Origin: Octopus sinensis
Taxonomy: Eukaryota
Length of the DNA stretch: 64,000 nt
Direction of reading: 5' to 3'
NCBI RefSeq assembly: GCF_006345805.1
Contig: NC_042998.1
Span: forward strand, 184,078,001-184,142,000
Part shown: piece by piece, positions 24,671 to 36,420 of the stretch
Layout of the letters: the number at the start of each line of letters is the position of its first letter
How positions within the stretch are numbered: position 1 is the stretch's first letter
Notes under the pieces: model-generated
Databases searched by the model: none
Seen by the model: only the letters and a program-made list of their open reading frames with translations
Told to the model about the DNA's origin: nothing
Program-made: the position numbers and the translations under genes

Positions 24671-24774
24671 TTCCTTTATTTTATTCTCGACATATGTTTC
24701 GAAGGCTGCATATTCCTAATTTCGAAGGAATAAGGGGTGCATTATGCCGCCTTCTCATCAGGAAAAGTAAGGAA
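24671..24774 (-). ncRNA. Type I hammerhead ribozyme, apparently intact, in a ~195-bp module flanked by (TA)n
   Basis: UUUUC-CUGAUGA-GAAGGC...GCCUUC-GAAAC-AUAU-GUC-GAGAA; distal stem I UUCCUU/AAGGAA; GUC triplet, predicted cut between 24689 and 24688. Confidence 0.85.
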
Positions 24775-24819
24775 CTTATGTCAGCATCAAGATGCACAAA
24801 AACTTTTAGATTTAACAGT

Positions 24820-24879
<60 letters not shown>

Positions 24880-25289
24880 CATACATATATACATACATAT
24901 ATATTTCATGTTATGCTAAGATGTGGTGCATGGTAACAGGATTTTCAACATGAGTCAAATATAACACTCCAAATCATTGCTAGAGTATCCGCATAAGTGG
25001 AGTAAAGAAGAGCTAGTTTGTATTGACATGTTAGTCATGTTAGTTTTGATAGCGAAGTCAACCCAAGTAGTGATATTTTGAAATCATTCAATATATATAT
25101 TTCAGGTTTGCCTTTTATATGATAGGAAAGGCCTTAAGTTTTACTTAATAGATGCGCTTCCTACTAACTATATATTATGCAAACTTGAAACATGCATATT
25201 AAATGATTTCAAAATATCACTATTTGGTTTGACGTCATTATTACAACTTTGTGTGTGTGAGTGTGTGTGTGCATGTGTGTGTGTGTGTT

Positions 25290-25593
25290 TTTTTTTTTTG
25301 TTCCTTCTTGAGCCATGCCTGGCTCATAAGGGCCGGTTTCCCAGTTTCATTGGCGTATAGGTTCCCCATCTGGACGGGATGCCGGTCCGTCACAGGTGAG
25401 CTGCAAGATGCAGGAGGAAAGAGTGAGAGAAAGTTGTGGCGAAAGAGTCAGCAGAAGTTCGCCATTACCTTCTGCTGGAGGCGCGTGGAGTTTAGGTGTT
25501 TCGCTCATAAACACACACATCACCCGGTCTGAGATTCGAACCCGCGATCCCTTGACCGCGAGTCCGCTGCTCTAACCAATAGGCCATGTGCCT
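25290..25593 (-). mobile_element. SINE family D copy (tRNA-Arg-like head, TCG in anticodon position)
   Basis: Reverse complement of 11722-12028; head ggcacatggcctattggttagagcagcggactcgcggtc...ggttcgaatc. Confidence 0.9.
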
Positions 25594-25629
25594 CGATATG
25601 TGTGTATGAGTGTGTATATGTGTATGTGA

Positions 25630-25664
<35 letters not shown>

Positions 25665-25987
25665 CATGCATGTTTTTGTGTTTGTGTGTGTGTGTGTGAT
25701 ACATGTGCACATAGATATATGTATACATCCCTGCAGTCTAATGTACATACTTACATGTCATCATCTAGTTCATCTGTCCCATCATCTACAATCATTAGCA
25801 TTTTTGAATATCATTATCACCTTTATCCCCAATTATCCTCCTCTTCCTCATTATCATCAACATCGTCATCATTATCATTGCCATCATCAGTCTTCATCAT
25901 CACCTTTATTTTGATGTCAATTCATTTTTGAATGCTTTCATGTGTCAGTGTGACTGGGTTCTTGGCTATAGCATGTCACCACTCCCT

Positions 25988-26215
25988 TTAACTCTTTCGT
26001 TTCCAACCCGGCTGAAACCAGCTTTGGCTCTGAGTACAAATGTCTTGTTTTCATAAATTTTGAGTTAAAATCTTCCACCAAACCTTACTCACAATTTATG
26101 TTCCTAATAATAGCTGAATGATAACTAAGTTATTTTACTAAATTCTTTGTTATATTTAAAGTGATTGAAAGAAACACAGAGCATCTCAATAGAAATATGG
26201 TTATAAAAGGGTTAA
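25988..26215. mobile_element. piggyBac-type MITE (TTAA ends), diverged TIRs
   Basis: ttaactctttcg at 25988 and aaagggttaa ending 26215; TIRs 9/14 complementary. Confidence 0.6.
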
Positions 26216-26564
26216 TCCTATCTTCTCTTCTGTAAATAAAGCCTAGCTTCGTGAGATTTTCCTTCTCTACCATCTCCCTTCATGTCTCACTATGTTTTCC
26301 TCTTTCCTGTGTGTCTCTAACTGTCAGTGTATTATGCTTTTTCATTCATTCTACGTTGCTCGGTTAATGTTCATAGTAACACAGTTGTCTCTCATACATA
26401 CACTGAGTCATTTCTGTTCCATGTGTCATGTTAGTTTACATTAAGCATGTCATACCTGACCATATTCAACTATGTTTAAACAGATTTATATAAACACACA
26501 TATGTACTCACACAGACACACACATAGATACACATGTACATCTATCTATACATGTATAAGAAAC

Positions 26565-27390
26565 TCAAAAGGTTGTTGCTTGTGGCTGGTCAGAGAGTGA
26601 CAATTGGTTACACAGCTATAATATTTCTTACTGGTAAAGGTGACTCAGCAGACTCAATGGCTGGAGGCACATAACCTCTCTATACAACTGGAGGTAGGAA
26701 ACAGTTTTGGTCAGCAAGGATTGTAAGCAAAATATCCCAAAATGAAATTCTGCTGTTCAACCATTTTTCTGGTTGAGATGGAGTTATCTCTCTTAGATTA
26801 GTTCCAGTGGCATCTGAGAAAGGGTCAGCAATGGATGATTACTTTTCACTAATTGGCAGTGAGGAATTCCATGTTTCCAATTTAAATTTCCTCTGATGAG
26901 AGCACTGATTAAAAATCTCTTTTCTGTAGTTTAAGAAAGTCTCTGGGTTGAGCAAATTTTTCAGGATCTTTGCTCTCTCAGCCAAGCAAAGCTTACATCA
27001 TTTGTCCCCCATTATGGTACAACCCTGGTTGTTCAAGGAGTTTCCATTTAATTACATATGACACCCTCTTCTTTTAAATGCCATATGTAGCTGACCAAAG
27101 ATGTAATGTTGTGCCTTTCTGGGACCCTAAAGCCAGACCTGTGATTGTTAAGACACTATATGAAGGTTCCCTCTGTAGACCCAACATATTTCAGCGTCTG
27201 TGCCCTTGTGTCAGTGGTGCTGCAGCTGTTGTTGTTGCTGCTGTTGTCATTACCATTGCTGTGTAGCTGTTGTTTTTGCTGTTGCTGCTGGAATTGCTGC
27301 TGTTAATGCTGGAGGTGATGCTGTTGTTGTAGTTGTTACTGCCACCATCACCACTATTGTTGCTGTTATTGTTGGACACATTGTCGATGC
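26565..27390 (-). mobile_element. Penelope-like element 3' fragment (GIY-YIG + 3' region with decayed hammerhead)
   Basis: KYVGSTEGTF..LNNHRSGF...YIWHLKEEG..YVIKWKLLEQ...CKLCLAERAKIL...LNYRKEIFNQCSHQRKF; CTGCTGA-GTCACC..AGTAA-GAAA at 26624-26651. Confidence 0.85.
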
Positions 27391-28209
27391 TGTTATTTCT
27401 AGCAGGCTAAATGAACATATACAGCTCCTTCATTGTCCATGTTGATTTGCCTCCAAGACAAATTTTATCAAGCAAACCCTATAATCAAAAGACATTCCAA
27501 CCATTATGATCCTGTCGTTTTTGCTTTCCACAAATGGATTATCAAGAATCAAATCATCCAATATGTCCTTTTTTTAAAGACAATATTATGAGCTATTTGG
27601 CTGCTATTTCTAGCACTTTGAGCGTTTACATAGAAGCCTTTTCATTGACCGTGAACATTATATTGTAGAGTTGTTAGAAACTATGTACAGTATATTGATT
27701 GTTCCACACCAGAAATGAAAAGCATATGTTCTTGATTGTGCTGGATATTTCCTGTGTCTGATTTGATAATGTAAGAATAGTGATGACTGCATGGCTTCTG
27801 TATCTCCTGATTTCCTGTAACTTTGTTGATGAGGCTGTTAAGGATGCCAATAAATTGCTTCAAAAAGTGTATCAGGCTATAGTATCAGCTAGCAACTGAA
27901 GTGTAGTAATGTGTGTCTGCAATAATTCGACTCTTGTCAATCTTTCAGTCTTGGACTACAGTAATCAAGTAACAAGTAGCTGAATCTGTTGAGGCAGCTT
28001 ATGCAGCCCTGCAGTATTGAGAAGAGGTACAAGTGGCACATACTCCAGCCATGGCTGTGTGGTTAAGAAGTCTGCTTCCCAGCCATATGGGCTCAGGTTC
28101 AGTTCCACTGGGCTGACCAAAACCTTGTGAATGGATTTGATTGGTAGAAACTGAAGGAAGCCTGTCACACACACACACACACACACAACACACACACCAC
28201 ACACACATG

Positions 28210-28335
28210 CGTAAACACTGCCAGATCTGACTGGCCTGGTGCAGCCTCCTGGCTTCCCAGACCCCAGTTGAACCGTCCAACCCATGCTAGCATGGAAAGC
28301 GGACGTTAAACGATGATGATGATGATGATGATGAT
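28210..28335 (+). mobile_element. RTE family A 3' tail
   Basis: cccatgctagcatggaaagcggacgttaaacgatgatg. Confidence 0.88.
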
Positions 28336-28404
28336 ATATATATATACATCCCTCTCTCTCTCTTGGAGAGGCACAAGCACCTACACACACATATACACAC
28401 ACGG

Positions 28405-28550
28405 CTGTAACTGCCGCCTACCAAATTCAATCACAAAGCTTCGGTCAGCTCGGGGCTATAGCAGAAGACACCTGCCCAAAGTGCCATGCGGTGGGACTGA
28501 ACCCAAAACCATGTAGCTAGGAAGCAAGCTCCCTAACCACACAGCCATGT
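28405..28550 (-). mobile_element. SINE family B head
   Basis: gggactgaaccc...accacacagccat; inverted relative to a partial head at 28045-28165. Confidence 0.75.
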
Positions 28551-29151
28551 CGTCCCTGCATCCTTCTCTAGCTGAGCATCCCTAATCTTGTGGGCTCATG
28601 GGTGCTGGTGCCACATAAATGCACCCATGTCAGTGCTGCATAAAAGCACCCAATACGCTCTGCAAAATGGTTGGCTTTAGGAAGAGCATCCAGCTGTAGA
28701 AACTATGTCAAAGCAGGCATGGAACCTGGACAGCTCTTCAGTTGGCCAGCTCCTGTCAAACCGCCTGACATGGAAAATGGATGTTACCTGAATATGGTGG
28801 TGATGATGATGATGATGATGAGGAGGAGGAGGAAGGAGGAGGAGGGGGAGGAGGAGGGGGATGATGATGATGATGATGATGATGATATATGTATATATGT
28901 ATGTGTGTATGTATGAGCGCATGAGAGTGTGAGTATGTGTTTGCTTGTGTCTGTTTGGCTGATTGTCCTTCATTCCCAATAATCTGCAAAAAACATATCT
29001 GGCAATGAGGACATATTACCTTGTTTGGAAATAGCTATGATTCAGCAAAAAGTAGGACATCTAGTGGTAGAAAATCCGTTTTAAATAAACTTTTATTTTT
29101 TGACTCATGCAAGCATTAAAAAAGCAAACGTTAAAATGATGATGATAATGG

Positions 29152-29209
<58 letters not shown>

Positions 29210-29289
29210 GGTGGTGGTGGTGGTGGTGGTGGTGACTTTGAAAAAATAGTCACGAGGATACATATATGAGATGATACAGTGATATTTCA

Positions 29290-29696
29290 CTCTTAATGTG
29301 AATAAAATACTGGTAGAATGCTCCCATTAAAATGCTTGTGAAATATAGGCTTTTACATAACAGTTATAATGATTATAGACAGAAACAAAAAAAATGTGTG
29401 TGTGAGTATGCACAATAGTAGAAATCATTTGACTGGCAAATGACAACATAATGTAAAGGCAGAAAGAAAAAAATATTTCGCTTGAGTTAATGAGAATCTT
29501 CAGCCACCACATGCAGACTATAATTTTAGATTTATTTATATCTGTGGTTAATGATGCACTTACTTGTATAACTGACTGTCTAAGTATCACTCTAGAGAAG
29601 CTGGGTTTTTTGAAACCAGAAATGATGCAGCTATTTAAGAAATTACAATTAGAAGCCGTTAATGAGATATTAGCGGAACTACAGAATTATGAATAA
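29290..29696 (+). pseudogene. R4/Dong-like LINE C-terminal (restriction-like endonuclease) remnant
   Basis: CTIVEI..AND....KEK...ELMR and FISVVNDALTCITDCLSITLEKLGF...KKLQLEAV fit the decayed C-terminus of REL-type LINEs; lies next to an (AAC/GGT)n tract. Confidence 0.55.
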
Positions 29697-29726
29697 TATT
29701 CCAAGCATATCAATAAATATATGCAT

Positions 29727-29727
29727 G

Positions 29728-29775
<48 letters not shown>

Positions 29776-29786
29776 CCACCACCACC

Positions 29787-29856
<70 letters not shown>

Positions 29857-30160
29857 CCATCATCACCACCATCGTTTAACATCTGCTTTCCATGCTGGCA
29901 TGGGTTGGACGGTTTGACCGGGGACTGGTGAGCCAGATGGCTACACCAGGCTCCAATCTGATCTGGCAGAGTTTCTACAGCTGGATGCCCTCCCTAATGC
30001 CAACCACTCCGAGAGTGTAGTGGGTACTTTTACGTACCACCGGCATGAGGGCCAGTCAGGCGGTACTGACAACGGCCACACTCAAATGGTGTTTTTACGT
30101 GTCACCTGCACAGGAGCCAGTCCAGCGGCACAGGCAATGCCCTTGCTCGAATGTTGTTTT
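29727..30160 (-). mobile_element. RTE family A 3'UTR with greatly expanded (GAT/GGT)n tail
   Basis: ~145-bp (cat/cac)n run leads into cgtttaac..ccatgctggcatgg. Confidence 0.88.
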
Positions 30161-30309
30161 CATCCAAAATGAAGATGAGTACCAACACTTCCATGTGGCA
30201 TTCTCAAACAATTGTGAAGATCACTTCACATAAAACCATTGGTTGTCTTGTTAAACTACAAATAAACTATATATTGTTGTTGTTAAGTAGACAAATGAAA
30301 GAAAGAGGC

Positions 30310-30516
30310 ACTCAGCACATTTAGTAGGAGTCACATTATTATAATTAAAAACAGTTTGATCTAGACCATTGTAGCTTAAAATTTTGCAGGCTCATTACAG
30401 AAACCTAACTCATTGGGTTAGGTTCCTGTAATGAGTCTATGAAATTTTAAGTCACATGGAGCTGAATCAAACTGTTTTTAATTATAATAATGTGACTCCT
30501 ACTAAATGTATTGAGT
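30310..30516. repeat. Long fold-back palindrome (~207 nt)
   Basis: Perfect 44-bp arms 30317-30360/30466-30509; inner arms 30389-30409/30417-30437; ~7-nt loop. Confidence 0.92.
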
Positions 30517-30799
30517 AACACATTCTTTGATATGTCCACTTACTCAAATGCATGTATGTGTGTGTGTGTGTGTGTATATATATATTACCTATTATTTCTG
30601 CTATTTTAAAGGCAATGCTGCAGTTGAAAATATATATATATATATAAGAAAATAAGAAAATAAGAAAATATACATATATATATATATATACACACACATG
30701 CTCACATATATTTATACATATATTATGTACACACACATACTTATATATGTATGTATATGTATACATATGTGTATGCATGCTTGCATATATATATATATA

Positions 30800-31060
30800 T
30801 GGCTGGCCCCGTGCCGGTGACACGTAAAAGCACCATCCATTCGTGGCCGTTGTGCCAGCTCTGTCTGGCACCTGTGCAGGTGGCACGTAAAAAACACCCA
30901 CTACACTAGCAGAGTGGTTGGCGTTAGGAAGGGCATCCAGCCGTAGAAACACTGCCAAATCTGACTGGGCCTGATGAAGCCTTCCGGCTTCACAGACCCC
31001 AGTTGAACCGTCCAACCCATGCTAGCATGGAAAACGGACGCTAAATGATGATGATGATGA
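30800..31060 (+). mobile_element. RTE family A 3'UTR fragment
   Basis: Ends ccatgctagcatggaaaacggacgctaaatgatgatg. Confidence 0.9.
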
Positions 31061-31452
31061 TATATATATATATATGTATATATGTATATATGGTATATCT
31101 TGAGTGTGCAAATAGATGTATAACTGCCAACTGCTACTCTGAAGTTTAGAGCTCCATGCAGATTATCTTCATCCAGTCTGCCTCCAGGATAGTGATATTA
31201 AGCAAATACTATAGTTAGTAGTATTACTAGTTATAATATTTGGAGCAAACATACAAGAAATTTTGATAAACACAAATTTATATCATTTGTTCCTATGTAC
31301 GTTTCACCATTGTGGTTGTTTGTAACTCTACATTAGATGTTCCAAGTGCAGCTGGATGTTTAACCACAAGGCATCATCAGAGAATACTTTTATTGCATTA
31401 CGTTACAGAGAACTAATATCTGGAGTTGGATAGTTGGCAAGACACTTTATAT

Positions 31453-32794
31453 CAGGGATGGGTAACTTTTTCTCAACTGGGGGCTGCATCCTACCATTTC
31501 CAAGTGGGAGAAGGCTGCATGATAAAATACATATACATGAAATATTACTTCACCCTTTTACACTGAATTTCTTGCAGTTCTCCTTAATTTTATTTGTCTC
31601 AGTATGAAATTTTATTTGTCTTTGTATGAAATTTTATTTGTCTCAGAATGAAATTTTATTTGTCTTAGTATGGAATTTTATTTGTCTTAGTATGAAATTT
31701 TATTTGTCTTAGTATGAAATTTTATTTGTCTTAATATGAAATTTTATTTGTCTTAGTATGAAATTTTATTTGTCTTAGTATGAAATTTTATTTCTCTTAG
31801 TATGAAATTTTATTTGTCTTAGTATGAAATTTTATTTCTCTTAGTATGAAATTTTATTTGTCTTAGTATGAAATTTTATTTCTCTTAGTATGAAATTTTA
31901 TTTGTCTTAGTATGAAATTTTATTTCTCTTAGTATGAAATTTTATTTCTCTAAGTATGAAATTTTATTTGTCTCAGTATGAAATTATATTTCTCTTAGTA
32001 TGAAATTTTATTTGTCTCAATATGAAATTTTATTTCTCTTAGTATGAAATTTTATTTGTCTCAATATGAAATTATATTTCTCTTAGTATGAAATTTTATT
32101 TGTCTCAATATGAAATTTTATTTCTCTTAGTATGAAATTTTATTTGTCTCAATATGAAATTTTATTTCTCTTAGTATGAAATTTTATTTCTCTTAGTATG
32201 AAATTTTATTTGTCTCAATATGAAATTTTATTTCTCTTAGTATGAAATTTTATTTGTCTCAATATGAAATTTTATTTCTCTTAGTATGAAATTTTATTTG
32301 TCTCAGTATGAAATTATATTTCTCTTAGTATGAAATTTTATTTGTCTCAATATGAAATTTTATTTCTCTTAGTATGAAATTTTATTTGTCTCAATATGAA
32401 ATTTTATTTCTCTTAGTATGAAATTTTATTTCTCTTAGTATGAAATTTTATTTCTCTCAGTATGAAATTATATTCTCTTAGTATGAAATTTTATTTGTCT
32501 CAATATGAAATTATTTTCTCTTAGTATGAATTTTATTTGTCTCAATATGAAATTTTATTTCTCTTAGTATGAAATTTTATTTCTCTAAGTATGAAATTTT
32601 ATTTGTCTCAGTATGAAATTATATTTCTCTTAGTATGAAATTTTATTTGTCTCAATATGAAATTTTATTTCTCTTAGTATGAAATTTTATTTGTCTTAGT
32701 ATGAAATTAGAAAACCTAGAAACTCGTCAAGGGCCAAACAAAAAACATGTTGAGAGCTGCATGCAGCCTGCGGGATGCAGGTTGCACATGCATG
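31453..32794. mobile_element. hAT-type MITE containing a satellite array
   Basis: TIRs cagggatgggtaac / gttgcacatgcatg (10/14); perfect 8-bp TSD ctttatat at 31445-31452 and 32795-32802. Confidence 0.82.
31587..32706. repeat. 22-bp tandem satellite (TATGAAATTTTATTTGTCTTAG), about 50 copies
   Basis: Period 22 read directly (tatgaa at 31691, 31713, 31735...). Confidence 0.97.
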
Positions 32795-32859
32795 CTTTAT
32801 ATGTATGTTAATGTTTGTGTTCATGTTTTTCTCTTCCGCTATTGCTTGACAATATACAA

Positions 32860-32892
<33 letters not shown>

Positions 32893-32901
32893 CTCTCTCT
32901 C

Positions 32902-32955
<54 letters not shown>

Positions 32956-33249
32956 ACACACACACAAACATACATGCATGCACACAGGTTTGCACATAAT
33001 CAAAGAAATAACACATACACACAAACACCCTCAAAAAAAGACATAATATGACTCAGTTGATGTTTTGGTTAGCTTGTGTTGGAATTGTCAATCTCTATTT
33101 CTGTTTAGACAGTCTTTCCTTTCATCTGTGTGGTTTTCTCAATAATTTAAGCACCGATACAGATCTAGAGAAACAAATGTTTGAAAGACCAAATACGTTA
33201 TTCATAGACTTAACGCTTCATTACCTGAGTAGAGTGAGTCAGCAGAGTG

Positions 33250-33905
33250 TATGTATGTATGTATGTATGTATGTATGTATGTATGTATGTATGTATGTAT
33301 GTATGTATGTATGTATGTGTATGTGTGTGTGTGTGCGTGCAAGCATGCGTGTGCGTATATGTATTTGTGTGTGATGTATATGTGTGTATGTATGTAGGTA
33401 TATATGTATGTATGTGTGTATGTATGTATGTATGAATGTATGTGTGTGTGTGCGTGCATGCATGCGTTTGCGTATAGGTATTTGTGTGTGATGTATATGT
33501 GTGTGTGTATGTATGTATGTATGTATGTGTGTATGTATGTATATATGTAGGTATGTATGTGTATGTGTGTGTGCGTGCAAGTATGCGTGTGCATGTATGT
33601 ATTTGTGTGTGATGTATATATGTGTATGTATGTATGTATGTATGTGTGTGTATGTATGTATGTGTATGTGTGTGTGCATGCAAGCATGCATGTGTGTATA
33701 TGTATTTGTGTGTGATGTATATGTGTGTATGTATGTGAGTATGTATTTATATATGTATGTATTTCAGTATGTTTGTTGGTGTGTGTGTGTGAGTATGTAT
33801 ATGTGTAAGTGTCTATATATATATGCGTGTGCGTGTGTGTGTGTGTATATATGAATGAATGTATACATGTATGTATGTATGAATATATGTATGTATACAT
33901 GTATG
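33250..33905. repeat. (TATG)n/(TG)n field with ~105-120-bp higher-order repeat
   Basis: gtatttgtgtgtgatgtatat recurs near 33361, 33478, 33599, 33702. Confidence 0.8.
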
Positions 33906-35009
33906 TAGGGATACAGCATGGCCAAATAGCTTAGAGATTCACTTTACACACAGGAGTTCCTGGGTTGAATTTCACTGTGTGGCATGTTAGGCTAATGTCT
34001 TTTGTCACGACCTCTAATCGACACTTATACATTTGTACATATATATATGTGTGTGTTTGTGTGTGTAAGTTCCTTGGTGAGCTAACTAGACCGAGTATAT
34101 TTTGTAATGTGGTTGGTGTAAGAGAAGGTGTCCAGCTGTAGAAACCATGCCAAAGCTGACATTTGATGCAGCCTTATGGTTCACCAGTTCCTGTCAAACC
34201 TTCCAACTTATGCCAGCATGGTAAACAAATGTTAAATGATGATAATGATATGACAGATAATGTAACTGTGTGTGTACATAAATACACAGACACTGACACA
34301 GACACAAACAGACACACACACACACAACTCATACATACATGCATGCAAACATACATATATATACATACATATGAGTATATATCATGTAAAAGACATCATT
34401 TGAGCATGATCATTACCAACATCGCCTTACTGGCACCTGTGCCGGTGGCATGTGTAAAAGATTTGAGCAAGGTTGTTGCCAGTACCGCCTTTCTGACCCC
34501 ATGCCAGTGGCACGTAAAAGCACCCACTACACTCTCTCCTTAAAGCTACATATTCCTCACACCCACCTTGTGTGTGTGTGTGTGTGTTGTATCTATGTAT
34601 TTACAAATGTATGTATGCAGTGTCGTGTGTATATGACAGCTATAGTAGCATTACCATCCCATTCTCACCACTATTCTTGCCTTTAGTGATAGAAGTCATC
34701 TCTCTGTTTGTATATATGACAGCTATAGTAACGTTACCATCCCAGTACCACCGCTGTTCTTGCCTTCACTGATAGACATCACCCTCTCATACTTATAATT
34801 TTGCAACATTCTCATTTTATCATATAATTCACCCTAAGCTCCTGGGGGGAACATTATAGATTTTTATTGAAATTCAATTAGCCTATTATTGAACTGGATG
34901 TTTGTATCACATGTAAGCAAAGTTTTGTGAATATTGGTTCAGTGGGTTAGGCACTAAGTTGGTAACAGACAGCTGGACAGACAGAAATTACCATTTATAT
35001 GTAAGATAT

Positions 35010-35465
35010 ATAAGGTGCATTCCTGGAGTTTTCAAATATTTTCAGGAGAGATGCTTATTTATTTCAAACAAATACAAAACTTTAATCTCCTTCAAAGTAG
35101 GATCTTCTGACTTAAATGCATTTGTTGTAGCACTCCAGCCCCCTCATGAAGGCACCCCCACTTCCATGGAAGTGAAGGTATCAGGAATTCTTGTTACAGC
35201 CTCCTTCATCTTTTTCTTCAGTTTGGGAACCAAGGTGTAGACTGTAAGGAGGATGAGGGACAGTTTTGATGCCCATCTCTGTCAAGTAGTTGGTGAGTTA
35301 TCAGGATGAAAATGTGGATTGGTGCATTGTCCTGGTGCAGGTACTCTGGCTTTTTATGATAAAATCTCTTTCTGAACTCCCTCAGACCCCCCACCCCCAC
35401 CAAGTACTCTTTGTTGACTGTCTATCCAGAGGGAATGCAGTGGATGTAGATGATGCCCTTGCCGC
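35010..35465 (-). pseudogene. mariner transposase remnant
   Basis: LREFRKRF..K.PE..LHQDNAP.H and GIKTVPHPPYS-like motif across a frameshift. Confidence 0.78.
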
Positions 35466-35573
35466 ACACACACACACACACAGAGAAACACAGGCACACC
35501 CATACAAACATACAGACATACACACACACACTCAAACAAGCACCCGTTCACACACAGACACAAGCACTTACAA

Positions 35574-35604
<31 letters not shown>

Positions 35605-35934
35605 CAAACACAGGCACAAACACAAGCACCCATGCACACACACAGACACAAGTACTTACAAACACACACATACACACACTCACTCACAACTCCCTCCAGA
35701 TTTTTGATGAGATACACTATAGTTCAGCAGTATTGGAGTCCATTATCAACCCATAAAATGTTGTTCACTTCATTTTTGAGCATTTGGTTGAGGAGTTTAT
35801 TTTTGCTGCAATTCTTTAAATAAATGCTGTTTGGGTGATACCAACCACATAACAGTTAAAAAGTAAAATATCAATCCAACTTACAAGGGCCAATTTCCCA
35901 GTTTCATGGCATATATATTCCACACCCTCCATCA

Positions 35935-36420
35935 GGCATTTGCTATATTCTGAATGCCTTACTTCCCTGGGCATGGATACATTGAAACTTCGACGTCTGG
36001 CAACTGACTTGGCAGACACCCATAAAATTATTAACCATCTTATAAACAATAACTCTGAGCACCCTTTCAAACTCCACCTGTCTAACACCCGTGGACATTT
36101 TTACAAAGTCAGAAAACAGCACAGCTCCCATGATTTTCGGAAACATTTTTTCACGCTAAGGGTTGCTGAAGCATGGAACAAATTGCCGGCATCAGTTGTT
36201 AGTTGTCGGAGCATTGCATCCTTCAATACTTCCATGCTTCCTGAGATTCGCCAACACTACACCTGATTTTCTCCCCTCCATACATACGCAAGCATGTATC
36301 TGACTCATACACTGTTCGCTTTCCAGACATTTGTACATTACTGCATATACTTTATACACACTTTTAGACAAGTTGTGGTGCACCTGAGCACTGTATACAA
36401 TAATTTCATTATTATTATTA
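35935..36420 (+). mobile_element. CR1-clade LINE 3' end
   Basis: ORF 35940-36266 (YSECL..LG..TL..RRL..DL...TRGH..K...FFTLRVAEAWNKLP), (ATT)n tail. Confidence 0.9.

Noticed and set aside
23380-24733. Long ORFs of YVCM/IHTY/LSIY type (also 33202-33900, 37940-38728, 48404-49205, 52285-53157)
   Set aside because: Translations of microsatellites that lack stop codons by composition.
27660-28030. Coding-looking unique stretch
   Set aside because: Stops in all frames examined and no recognisable family.
30970-31000. CTGATGA followed by hairpin AGCC-TTCC-GGCT
   Set aside because: No GAAA after the stem; other RTE tail copies read ctggtgca or ctgatgca here.
31587-32706. CRISPR-like regular array
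   Set aside because: Head-to-tail units with no unique spacers and no cas genes; eukaryotic context.
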